64,000 nt of DNA, taken from a virus. The stretch covers positions 6,276 through 70,275 of the IMG/VR virus record IMGVR_UViG_3300045119_000356. One strand, 5' to 3'. The notes under the pieces were generated by a model. That model saw nothing but the letters and a program-made list of their open reading frames with translations, ran no database searches and had not been told where the DNA came from. Positions 37,758 through 46,900 of the stretch are shown one piece after another (position 1 is the stretch's first letter; every line of letters starts with the position of its first letter). Position numbers and translations under genes: made by a program.

Positions 37758-40283
37758 TCATGCTGCGATCTCCTCTCCTTCTTCGGCGGGTGTGACTTCG
37801 AGCCGGCCGTGTTCCTTGGCCGCCGCGATGCACGCCTCGACGATGTCTTTGCGCTCTCTCAGCGCCCGAATGATGATCTCGTCCACGGTGCCCTCGGCCA
37901 CCAGGAAGCCGAACCGCACGAGCTTCGTCTGACCTGGGCGGTCCTGGCGCTTTCGCACCTGAGCGTAGAGACCGAGATCAAGGATCAAGCTGTAGAAAAA
38001 GCCATAGCAAGAGCGAGTCAGGTCGATGCCTTCCGCGCCGGCCTGGATCTGCACGCCGAGCAGATCGCAGTCGGGATTCATCGTGCCATCGGAGCTCGGG
38101 TCGTCGGGATCCTCAACCAGACCGTCCTCGCGGTGCCCGGAGATCTCCGCATAGCGCCGGCCGGTTTCGGCGGCGACTTCCTCGATTCGCCGCAGATCCT
38201 CGGTGAAGCGCGCGTAGACCACAGCGGGCTCACCAGGCGGGAGATCTTCGAGCTCGTCGCGCAGGAGCTTCTTCTTCTCCTCTCCGACCGAGACCACCTC
38301 GCGCTCCTCGTCCTCCCCGACGAAGAGATGGCCGGAGGTGACCTGCTGGAGGCGGAGCAGTCGCGCCAGCGTGTTCGCCGCGGTGACCGGCTCGCCGTCC
38401 TCTTCGCCTCCGCCGACCCAGGTGATGAAGTCATCGGCAAGGTTCTGGTAGGCCTTGGCCGCCTCGGCGTCGAGCTCGCAGGTCACAGCCGGCATGTCGA
38501 TCGCGCCGGGAAGGTCGAGCACGTCCTCGTCGCAGATGTAGGCGAGGCGCTGCCAAGCGGCATTGAATTCGTCCTCGGCCGCTTTGCTCAGGAAGCCCTC
38601 GACCTCCTTGCCTTCAAAGCCGCCCATCTCGAAGAAGCGGCGCTGGAAGTGCGAAAAGTTCGTGCCGAAAATGCCGGGGTCGATGGTGCGGAACTGGCCG
38701 TAAACGTCCGGCTCGGAGTGCGGCATAACCGTGCCCGTCTTGCCCAGTACCTTGCCGGCCGGCCTGACTCGCTTGCGCAACTCAGAAGCCGACTTCGACC
38801 ACTTGCCGCCAGCTTTCTTGATCTTGTGCATCTCGTCGAGGCCGAGCACATCGGGCTCCAACGACATGAGAAATTCGCGCATCGCGCCTTGCCAGAACGC
38901 TTCGTAGTTGACGACCAGCGCGACCGGCCTGTCTTCTTCGTAGCCCAGCTTCAGGTTCTCTTTCATCCGCTCGACGCGCTCGGCCAGCGAGACGCCCTTG
39001 CGCCAGCCATCGCCGCGCTTCTTGCGAAAGCGCCCGTTGTCCACGATCCAGTCGCGCTCGCCCCATTTCGCGAACTCGCGCGGCCATACCTTGCGCACCT
39101 TCGACGGGCAGAGCTCGATGACGAGCTCGACATTCCAGGCTTCGTAGAGCTTGACCGAGACCAGGGACTTGCCGGTATTGCCAACGACGATCCCGTTTGC
39201 GATATAGGCGTGCGCGTCATCGTCAACACTGAGGTCGTAAACATACGCTTCGCCAGCAGGATCAACGCTCACAACCTCATCGAGAAGCGGAATAAATAGA
39301 CCCTGCCCCTCGTCGAGGCGAAGAACGTCTACGTGCTCCTGCATGTGTTCAGAATGCGAAGTCTTTACATCGAGATTCGTGGGTGTGTTGTCGTGCTTGA
39401 TTTCGTTGCGATGATGAACGGTCTCACCTGGGTTCAGGGGACGGCCAAGCTTTTCCTCAGCGACGAGAATGTGCTCATAGACGCCCCCTGTCCCTTCGCG
39501 TGGGTGGCCAGTCCCCCGAAGACGGATGTACCCATCCTTATCCAGGTAGCGACCGTTAGTAAGCACCTGGTCACCAGGGGCCAAGTTCTCCGCATGCACC
39601 TTCCCGTTCGGTGTAACGATCTCATGGTCGCGAGTACAAGTCAGGCCCTTTCCTGACTTCAAGGTCAACTTGACAACTGGCTTCACACCGTTATCGAGCG
39701 CGGCGGTCAGTTTGACCAGCCCTAGTGTCCCGTCCGCTTTGAAACCTCGGACATAGGTAGGAATCGACCGATCCCAGCCCCGAAATCCATTTCCTGAGTT
39801 AACTGCTCCGCCATTGAACTTCGCGACAACCTCATCCAGACGACGCCGACGCGAATTTCCGCCTCGGTTAACGGTGATCTCTGAGTCGCCTGTTAGGCAG
39901 CCCATGCCCATCACCAGCGCATAGCCTTCCTGCGGGAGCGCCGACCAGTAAGCCTGACGCTGCCACAGCCACCCTCCGCCCTCCGGGTTGAGCTCCGAAG
40001 GCGGAACGCCGGGAATCGGCGGGAGCTCCTCAGCGAAGCGCAGGGCCCGCGCCTCGTCGGCTTCAGCCGCGCGGGAGAAGAGCTCCAGCGAGTCGAGGTC
40101 GCAGCGCACGTCACCGAGATGCGAGCGCACAGCGAGCGCTGACTCCTGGGTCGCCGGCACGTGCCAGCGCCTGCGCTTTTTGTCCCAGCGCCGGCCGCCC
40201 AGCTTCTTGACCTCATCCTTCAGATCGAACGGCGTCGCCAGCACCAGCCGCGAGCCCTCGCGCGTAACCGTCGAGACGCTCAT
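37758..40283 (-). CDS. SNF2-family helicase interrupted by an intein
   Basis: MGMG|TGKS motif I split by the intein; NYE, DEMH, TGT, G.EGIDLT and Q...RQDRPGQ motifs; ATGA-coupled start. Confidence 0.9.
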   Translation of the reverse strand: MSVSTVTREGSRLVLATPFDLKDEVKKLGGRRWDKKRRRWHVPATQESALAVRSHLGDVRCDLDSLELFSRAAEADEARALRFAEELPPIPGVPPSELNPEGGGWLWQRQAYWSALPQEGYALVMGMGCLTGDSEITVNRGGNSRRRRLDEVVAKFNGGAVNSGNGFRGWDRSIPTYVRGFKADGTLGLVKLTAALDNGVKPVVKLTLKSGKGLTCTRDHEIVTPNGKVHAENLAPGDQVLTNGRYLDKDGYIRLRGTGHPREGTGGVYEHILVAEEKLGRPLNPGETVHHRNEIKHDNTPTNLDVKTSHSEHMQEHVDVLRLDEGQGLFIPLLDEVVSVDPAGEAYVYDLSVDDDAHAYIANGIVVGNTGKSLVSVKLYEAWNVELVIELCPSKVRKVWPREFAKWGERDWIVDNGRFRKKRGDGWRKGVSLAERVERMKENLKLGYEEDRPVALVVNYEAFWQGAMREFLMSLEPDVLGLDEMHKIKKAGGKWSKSASELRKRVRPAGKVLGKTGTVMPHSEPDVYGQFRTIDPGIFGTNFSHFQRRFFEMGGFEGKEVEGFLSKAAEDEFNAAWQRLAYICDEDVLDLPGAIDMPAVTCELDAEAAKAYQNLADDFITWVGGGEEDGEPVTAANTLARLLRLQQVTSGHLFVGEDEEREVVSVGEEKKKLLRDELEDLPPGEPAVVYARFTEDLRRIEEVAAETGRRYAEISGHREDGLVEDPDDPSSDGTMNPDCDLLGVQIQAGAEGIDLTRSCYGFFYSLILDLGLYAQVRKRQDRPGQTKLVRFGFLVAEGTVDEIIIRALRERKDIVEACIAAAKEHGRLEVTPAEEGEEIAA
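39177..39899 (-). mobile_element. Intein (241 aa) with HNH homing endonuclease domain
   Basis: Starts CLTGDS; block B L.CT.DH.I; block F VYDLSV; ends ANGIVVGN|T; internal YEH...VHH.N..K.DN...NL HNH; lower GC. Confidence 0.9.
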
Positions 40284-40545
40284 GGACGGCGTCGCCAGTG
40301 CAGCAGGAAGGTCAAGCAAGGACGCCTGAAGGAGTGGAAGAGCCGAAGATTCCAGCCGTCGCGCCCGTTCAGCCCGGCCCATGATCGCCAGAGGTAGATG
40401 CGCTTACCTAGGCCATTCGAGCCAGGTGCCGTCCCGAAGGTAAATCCGAAGCGAACCCATCGCGACCGGCGTGCCGATGACTCAGCGCTCGACACATAGA
40501 AATCGAGGTAGGGACCGCGGCGATCCCACTCTGCCTTGGAGCTGA

Positions 40546-40950
40546 TCACGGCTCGACCCAGGCCTTGCGCTCAGCCCATGCGACGTAGCGGTAGCGGCCT
40601 TTGATCAGCTTGTGGAAAGCGCCGCCCGGCGAACTCGCGATGCGCAGCGCCTCGTAGGTCGCCCAAGGCACCTGCTCGTAGCCGTAGATCCGGCCTTCCT
40701 GAAATTCAACCCAGAGCCAACCGAGCTTCAAGTAGACACTCGCGCCAAGGTGAGACTCCAGCTTCTCGGTTTCGCACCAGGCGATCCGTCTCAGGTAGCT
40801 GGATTTCACCTCCTCCCAGGGCAGCTCGGAGAGCTTCTCCTCGGTCGTTTCGATGTCTTCGACCGCAGCTTCGTCGAGGTCCAGCGCGACGGCGAGCGTC
40901 GGCTTTTTGCGCTCGCCCGGAGACGCCGGTTTCTTGCTGCCGGCGCTCAC
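40546..40950 (-). CDS. KTSC domain protein
   Basis: L.VEF..G..Y.Y..VP...Y..L..A.S.G..F...IK..Y. Confidence 0.8.
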   Translation of the reverse strand: MSAGSKKPASPGERKKPTLAVALDLDEAAVEDIETTEEKLSELPWEEVKSSYLRRIAWCETEKLESHLGASVYLKLGWLWVEFQEGRIYGYEQVPWATYEALRIASSPGGAFHKLIKGRYRYVAWAERKAWVEP

Positions 40951-41278
40951 TCTGGATCCCTAAGCGCAGCCTCGACAGCAGCGCGTATCTCAACCTGCGG
41001 ACCTTTCGCCTCTGCGCCGATATAGGTATTGACGTTGTGTAGGCCCTGCTTGTAACGAGCAGTCTCAGCGCGCGATTTCTCCAACAATGCTTCCAGTCTC
41101 TCGGTGCGCTCTGCTTCCTTGTCGAGTCGGCGCTTTTCAACAAGCGTGACCTCGTCGGCCGTCTCGCAGAACATCGAGTTGCCGTGTTTGTCGGTGAAGC
41201 GTTCGTCGCAAGTCGTTGCCCCGACCAGCAGTTTGCCGTGAATAGCGCAGACCCGACCCTTGAACTCGTTGCGCGGCA

Positions 41279-41572
41279 TCAGCGATCTTCCTTCGTCATG
41301 GTGACCTCGCGGCCGGTTTCCTCGTCTGTCCACTCCCAAGCCTCAGACCGCTTGCCGTCGCCGTGGCAGGTTTTGCAGGCGGCGCCTGTGCGCGCACCTG
41401 TAAACGGGCGTCTACCCGTTCCGCCACACCGCTCGCAGTCCTCTGCCCAGTCGTCGAGGATCGTGCGCTCGCCGCAGCCGGTCAGGTCGTCCATGCGGAT
41501 CGCCGCCTCGGCCAGCGTCAGGCCTACGTACTCATACCCAGTGCTGCCTGTCTCGACTCGATACCGCGCCAC
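41279..41572 (-). CDS. DnaJ-type Zn-finger small protein
   Basis: CERCGGTG...CKTCHGDG; conserved RBS. Confidence 0.6.
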   Translation of the reverse strand: MARYRVETGSTGYEYVGLTLAEAAIRMDDLTGCGERTILDDWAEDCERCGGTGRRPFTGARTGAACKTCHGDGKRSEAWEWTDEETGREVTMTKEDR

Positions 41573-41616
41573 TCCGCGCCTCCTTCGCCGTTTACAGCGC
41601 GGAGACTATCAGATCT

Positions 41617-41632
41617 CTGTACCTAGGTACTA
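41617..41632. promoter_or_regulatory. Palindromic operator over the -35 of a promoter
   Basis: CTGTACCTAGGTACTA; TAGTAC-18-TAGTCT. Confidence 0.75.
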
Positions 41633-42703
41633 GGCCGTCGCCCAAGAAGGCCGTCCGGCTAGCGCCCCAACCCTGTTCTCCTCGTCGGGGATCATCTTGC
41701 GGAGCTGCACCCAGCCGCGGAAGTTGCCGCAGAACTCAAGCTGGTCGGCCATGCGCAGCGCCGCATGGCCGCTGATGGCGCCGGCGCTGATGCCTGCTTC
41801 GAGCAGATCTTTCAGCTTGCCCACCGCGGCCGTCTCGTCATCGCTGAACGGCCGGGCAGCGTGTTCAAACGGCGACATGTGGCCGGCGGAAAGCAGCCCC
41901 TCTGCTCGGCTCAACGACTTCTCGATGGGCTCCGTCTCGCCGTGCTTGTCGAAGGAGACGCGAGCGCAGCGACCGGCGCAGAGGTAGGGGAGCGCGAAAG
42001 GCTCGGAAGGTCTCTCCGCGTCGATCTGCAAGCGGTCCTCGCCAGTGACCAGCGGAAGGTGCCACTCGCCCTCGCTGAGCAGCGTCGGTGAGGAGGCTCG
42101 CATCGCTTCGCGCATCGCGATCGCGGTGCGCTGGATTTCGGGCTCGGCACCGAAGGAGGTATCGACCTCGTTGCCGAGCGGGCTGCGCAGCGCGAAGAAG
42201 TTCTCCCACTCGGTCGAGGAGACAATCACGGTGTGCCACATGTAGGGCTCCAAGATCCGATTGACCGTGGACTTCGAGACGTTGAGCCAGTCGGTCGGCA
42301 CGTCGCCATCGCGAACGGCCTCGCCCACCATCTCAAGTACGCCGCGAAGGCTGTTTTGAGCGACGACGGTCGGGGATGTAATCAGTTCCAGCGCTCCCTT
42401 TACTGCATCGTCCCGTGCGATCAGCCAAACCTCTTCGGCGTCGATGGCCGATGAACCCTCCAGCGGCTCGTCCTGGCCCATGCCCTTGGCGCGGGTGTAG
42501 AAGTTCGCCGGAGTGAAAGCGGCGTCGAGGATGCGCGCGAGCTGAATCTCCGGCGGGATCGCCCGGCTGCTCGCGCTGTTGCGGCTGAAAAGCCGGTGCG
42601 TGTTGAACTCCGAGAGCAAGTAGCGCGGGAAAGTCACCTCGACGGTAATCAAGCGGATCCCATCCGGGGTCACCGAATCGGCCAAGACAGTTGCTTTGTG
42701 CAT
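41630..42703 (-). CDS. thyX: FAD-dependent thymidylate synthase-like protein
   Basis: EFNTHRLFSRNSASSRAIP, NR.LEP, NFF.LR, RCARVS and H.SPFEH motifs of phage ThyX-like proteins. Confidence 0.8.
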   Translation of the reverse strand: MHKATVLADSVTPDGIRLITVEVTFPRYLLSEFNTHRLFSRNSASSRAIPPEIQLARILDAAFTPANFYTRAKGMGQDEPLEGSSAIDAEEVWLIARDDAVKGALELITSPTVVAQNSLRGVLEMVGEAVRDGDVPTDWLNVSKSTVNRILEPYMWHTVIVSSTEWENFFALRSPLGNEVDTSFGAEPEIQRTAIAMREAMRASSPTLLSEGEWHLPLVTGEDRLQIDAERPSEPFALPYLCAGRCARVSFDKHGETEPIEKSLSRAEGLLSAGHMSPFEHAARPFSDDETAAVGKLKDLLEAGISAGAISGHAALRMADQLEFCGNFRGWVQLRKMIPDEENRVGALAGRPSWATA

Positions 42704-42997
42704 TTAGGACTCCTCTGGTTGTCGAACCTCGGCACCAGGCTGAATCAGGTCTGGTACCCTGCCGGTCTTCACTGCCTCGCGGTAGCCATCTGCCACTCCC
42801 GCAACGTAGGCCTCCCGTAGCTGCTCGGCCAACGTCGCAGCCAAATCTCCCGTCTGCGTTTTCACCATCTCCTCGACCCGCTTGTAGATGATCCGGCGCG
42901 GCTCCGCGAGGGAGAACTGCATCAGTTGCGCGTAGATCGTCGGCCCTGGCGCATCGCCTTGCTCCGTGCCCTCTGGCATAGCTATCTCCTCTCGTTG

Positions 42998-43279
42998 TCA
43001 GACCGCTGCTTCGGCACCGGGCTCAAGCTCGCCGGGTACCACGCTCACCCGAACCGGAGGGGTCTGCGAGCTCAGCACGTCGAGCTCGACCACACCGCCT
43101 TCGTTTAGGATCTTCAGGTCGTCCTCGTCGGGCTGCCAGTGGCTGGTGATACACGGCCGCCCTCCGTCCGCATGCATCCTGGCGCTGAGATCGCCCACTC
43201 CGGGCAGCACGGTGACGCCGCCCTCCTCGCGTTCGCCCTTGATAACCGCCGTGTGGTCAGAGCGGTTTATGTGTTTCAC
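42998..43279 (-). CDS. Conserved phage hypothetical protein (paralog of 29267-29746)
   Basis: S.W.P...D...LN.GG.V.L......PPV. Confidence 0.6.
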   Translation of the reverse strand: MKHINRSDHTAVIKGEREEGGVTVLPGVGDLSARMHADGGRPCITSHWQPDEDDLKILNEGGVVELDVLSSQTPPVRVSVVPGELEPGAEAAV

Positions 43280-43497
43280 GTCTTCTCCTCAAAGGTCAGC
43301 GCGCGGACCTCCCAGCGGTTCTCAGCATCGTCGGGCAAGCTCTCATGGTGACCGAGAAGCGCTCCTACGTGATCCTCGCAAGCGTGAGTAACCGCCGTCT
43401 CTGTTCTGTCCGCTAGGTCGGTGACCTCAAAATCTGCTCCGTCAATGCAGCCATATTTGGTCACCGGGTCTATGTAGCAGCACTCCAGCATCATCTC

Positions 43498-43977
43498 CTA
43501 CCTCCTCATCCTTCCCCGGCCGCCGGGGCGCTCAGGTTGGATCGTGATTTTTTTATCGGTCAAGCGTTCGTAGATCGCCAGCGCCCGCCGCCCGGCCTCC
43601 GGGTCGAGCAGCCATTTCATCTCGACCTCGTCGAGTTTGATCTCCTCCTTGCGGATGCCGCCGGGGACGACGAGCGCAGGGCCTACCACGGGCGCGTTGT
43701 TCAGCCCGAACCCCATGCCGGCGAGCGGGTTTTTCTCGGCCCCTTCGCGGATCCGGCTGCGCTCGATCGTCGCCGTCGCGATCAGCGCTTTCGGCGGGAG
43801 CTGTTCGGTCAGCATCAGGTAAGCGCAGTACCCGGCAGCATGGGCCAGCGCCAGCTCGCGCGCGAAGGCCACCCGCACGCCGCGAGTGAGGCCCGGCCGG
43901 GCGCGCAGCCCGTGGTCCTCGATTTCCACACGGAAGGCATTCGAGGTGCCGTGCCGGACCGTGACTAGGTCAGACAC
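43498..43977 (-). CDS. Possible ADP-ribosyltransferase-fold protein
   Basis: HGT......I...GL N-terminal motif followed by V......LA..HA. Confidence 0.35.
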   Translation of the reverse strand: MSDLVTVRHGTSNAFRVEIEDHGLRARPGLTRGVRVAFARELALAHAAGYCAYLMLTEQLPPKALIATATIERSRIREGAEKNPLAGMGFGLNNAPVVGPALVVPGGIRKEEIKLDEVEMKWLLDPEAGRRALAIYERLTDKKITIQPERPGGRGRMRR

Positions 43978-46900
43978 GCTCGACCATCCAGCCCTCGGAG
44001 TCTTCAACGGAGTTGCGCTTCAGTTTCTGGTACTCCGCCTGCGTCACCGACCCAACCTCGGTCGGCCACATACCGGCGCAGTACTCATTTCCCTTGAGCG
44101 GCTTCCAAGTCCTCGGCACCTTGTCGGTGTCAATGAGCAGTTTCACTCGCTTCTCAGCCACGGCGAGCCTCGACTCCGTCATCGGTGTACTTCAGCAGCG
44201 CACCTTCGCGTTCCTCGTCGGAGGGGCAGCGATGGGAGAAGCCGAAGCGCTCCTCGTAGCCTTCAAAGTATTCCCTCGCGTTCACTGTGTGGCCCTCTCC
44301 AGCCCTGAAGACAACGCCCGTTTTATCGAACTTACGATGGCCTTGACCTGGCTCTCCTCCTGGCTGAAAGCCTGCTTGACCGAATACAGTCGCTCGCACG
44401 AGCGTTTGCCGCTTTCGACCCAGAGGAACCAGCCCTGAACAAGATCGTCCTCCGTCTCGCAGGCGCTGACGAACGGCTCGACACCGCCCCAGAGAACACC
44501 GCGCAGCTCCTGGTCGATCGCGTCGAGCAGAGCGAGCAGGGCATCCTCCGCCGGGTTGCCGGAGACGAGCCCCATCACTCGCCGCCCTTCGCCGCGAAGC
44601 CCTCGATCGCATCGGCAGCCTCGCGCAGCGATTGGGCGGTGACCACGCCGCCGGTCGAGAGCTCGGCTTCGCCGGCCGCAGCGGAGGTGCGCGTGACCTT
44701 CAGCGTGATCAGGTCGGCGCCGCCGCCTGCGCGTATTTTGATTGTCCGCTCCGGCTCGGCCTGAACGTCTGCGACCTCGACTTGCGGCATCAGGCCCTCG
44801 CTTCTCTAGCAAGACGATGCTGACGCACTTTCTCGCGAAACTGACGCTCACCGCCGGTTGGATGCCGCCGGTCCTTCGCTTGGCGTTGACGAAGCCAGAG
44901 ACCAATCAACGCTGCGCTTGGGTCTCTCTCTCCGTACTCCGGGCAGTCCTGCCCTTCACCAGGACCAAGGTCACGTATGGACCAATGGCAGTAGTCCCCC
45001 GCCGTGGCAACAGGGTCTGCCCACCACCAGAAGGTGCCGGCGCATTGCATGCCCACCGCCAGGAAGAATGTGCCGCTCTCGTCTGAAATCACAATCGTCG
45101 GCTGGCAGGTTCCATAAGCGCTCTTTTGAAAGACAGGTTCTAGGTCGATAATCTTCCAGCCCTCGTTGGGAAAAATCTCGCCCAGCCTGCATCTGATCGA
45201 CCCTCGCGGATTCGATAGTCGCATCACCAGCAAGTCGTAAGCCTGCTTCAGACCTGCCCGGTAACGGTTCAGTTTCTGCTCGACCGCCTGTTGAACCTCG
45301 CGCTCACGCGCGTGCTGTGCCTCTTCAACAGTTTCCAAGGCACCCATCAGCTCTCCTCCGCGACCGGCGGGCGGGTCGGGTCGGCGGGGTGCCAGCCGAC
45401 CGGGCGGAAGAGGCGGCGCAGGTTCTCGTCGGTGGTGTGGCCGAGCTCGCCCGCGCTGACCCTGGCCTGGCCGCGGCGGCGCCATTCGATCACCCAGCCA
45501 CCATCGCAGTGCGGCGCAACCACGCGCACCTCGTTAGCGGCGTCCTCGCCGCCGGCCGGCAGCGTCGTGCGCCAGCGAGACGGCACGACGACCGTGCCGT
45601 CATAGCGCGCGCTGACGCGGATCGGCGGTGCGGTGAACTTCGCGGTCACTCCTCGAACGTCCTTCCTGCCAGCACCGCCTGCTCCAGCTCGGTGAGATCC
45701 CACACCGCGTGCACGGCGTAGAGGTCGCCGCCGATGTGCTTCAGCAACGCCGGGTCGCCGGGCGGCGGGCCTGGTGCAACGCGCCACTCCGCCTCCCAGA
45801 GAATGTGGAAGCCCCGCAGCGCGAGCTGATGGCCGCGCTTGCCGGCTCGCGGGCGAAGCGGCGGCGGGATATTCGGTACCAGCGCGTTCAGCGGGTAGTT
45901 GCCGCTCCAGCTACTCCGGCCCTGTTCGGTGCCATCGAGCTTCTTCAGCGTCCTGGCGGGGAAGCGAAACACGTCGCACTGGTTGAGCGGGCTGTGGTGG
46001 CGCTTGCCGGCGATGACGATGGAGCCGTCATCGCGCACACCGTTGGTCCAGGCGAAGGGCTGATCAGCCCGGCAGACCGCGAGGCGCGGCACCGTGAGGC
46101 GGCTGCGGTTCATCCTCGCTTCGGTGACGCCGCCGAGCTTGATCGCCGCACTGAGACGGATCAGCGGCGTGCCGTCTGCGAGGGCCTTGTAGCCGCGGGC
46201 GATGGCCTCATCCTCGGCGTCGTGTTTGCGGCGCACCTCGCGCCGGTATTCCTCGAAGCGCTGGCGTGCCTCCTTCGGTGACATCTCGATCGTCGGCAGC
46301 TCCATGCTGGATCTCCTTCCTAGGGACTCGACGCCTCGGCCAAGTCGGCCAGGGCGAGCAACTCGAAAGCGTGTTTGCGCAACTCGTCGGCTTTCTCGAC
46401 GCGGGCGAACTCGACTTTGGCCTGCTCATCGAGCCCGGCGGCAGCGTCTTCGTCCAGCGCCGCGCCGATCTCGGCCGCGTCGTGACAGACGTGATCGCAG
46501 ATCTCCCCCGGCGCGCTCTCGCCGCGCTCCATCGGGGACTGCCCGCACCGTGAGCACTCGGGCATCACGCGCCCTCCATCGCCAGCAGCTCGCGACCGGC
46601 TGGGCTCATCCGCAGGCGGCCATCCACATGCGGGTCGTAGAGCAGGCTGTGCGCGCAGAGGATGCTGAGCGTGCGTTTCTTCAGTTTCTCGCCGCGCTTC
46701 CAGCGCCGCAGCAGCTCGGCGCGGCGATCCTCCGGCTCGGGCTCGAAGCCGTCGAGTGCGATCTGATCGCTCACTCCGTGGCTCCCTTCAGGTATTCACG
46801 GCCTTCGAGGGTGAGGCTCCAGCGCTCGCGAGGGGAAAGCCACGAGCTGCGTTTGACCAGGCCGCGGCGCTCCAAGGCCTGCATGGCCGAGCGCACCGCT

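Noticed and set aside
30152-39299. Long plus-strand ORFs (30152-31933, 37695-39299; similarly 21445-22887, 17058-18434, 4602-5840)
   Set aside because: Antisense shadows of well-supported minus-strand genes in high-GC DNA, with no recognisable motifs.
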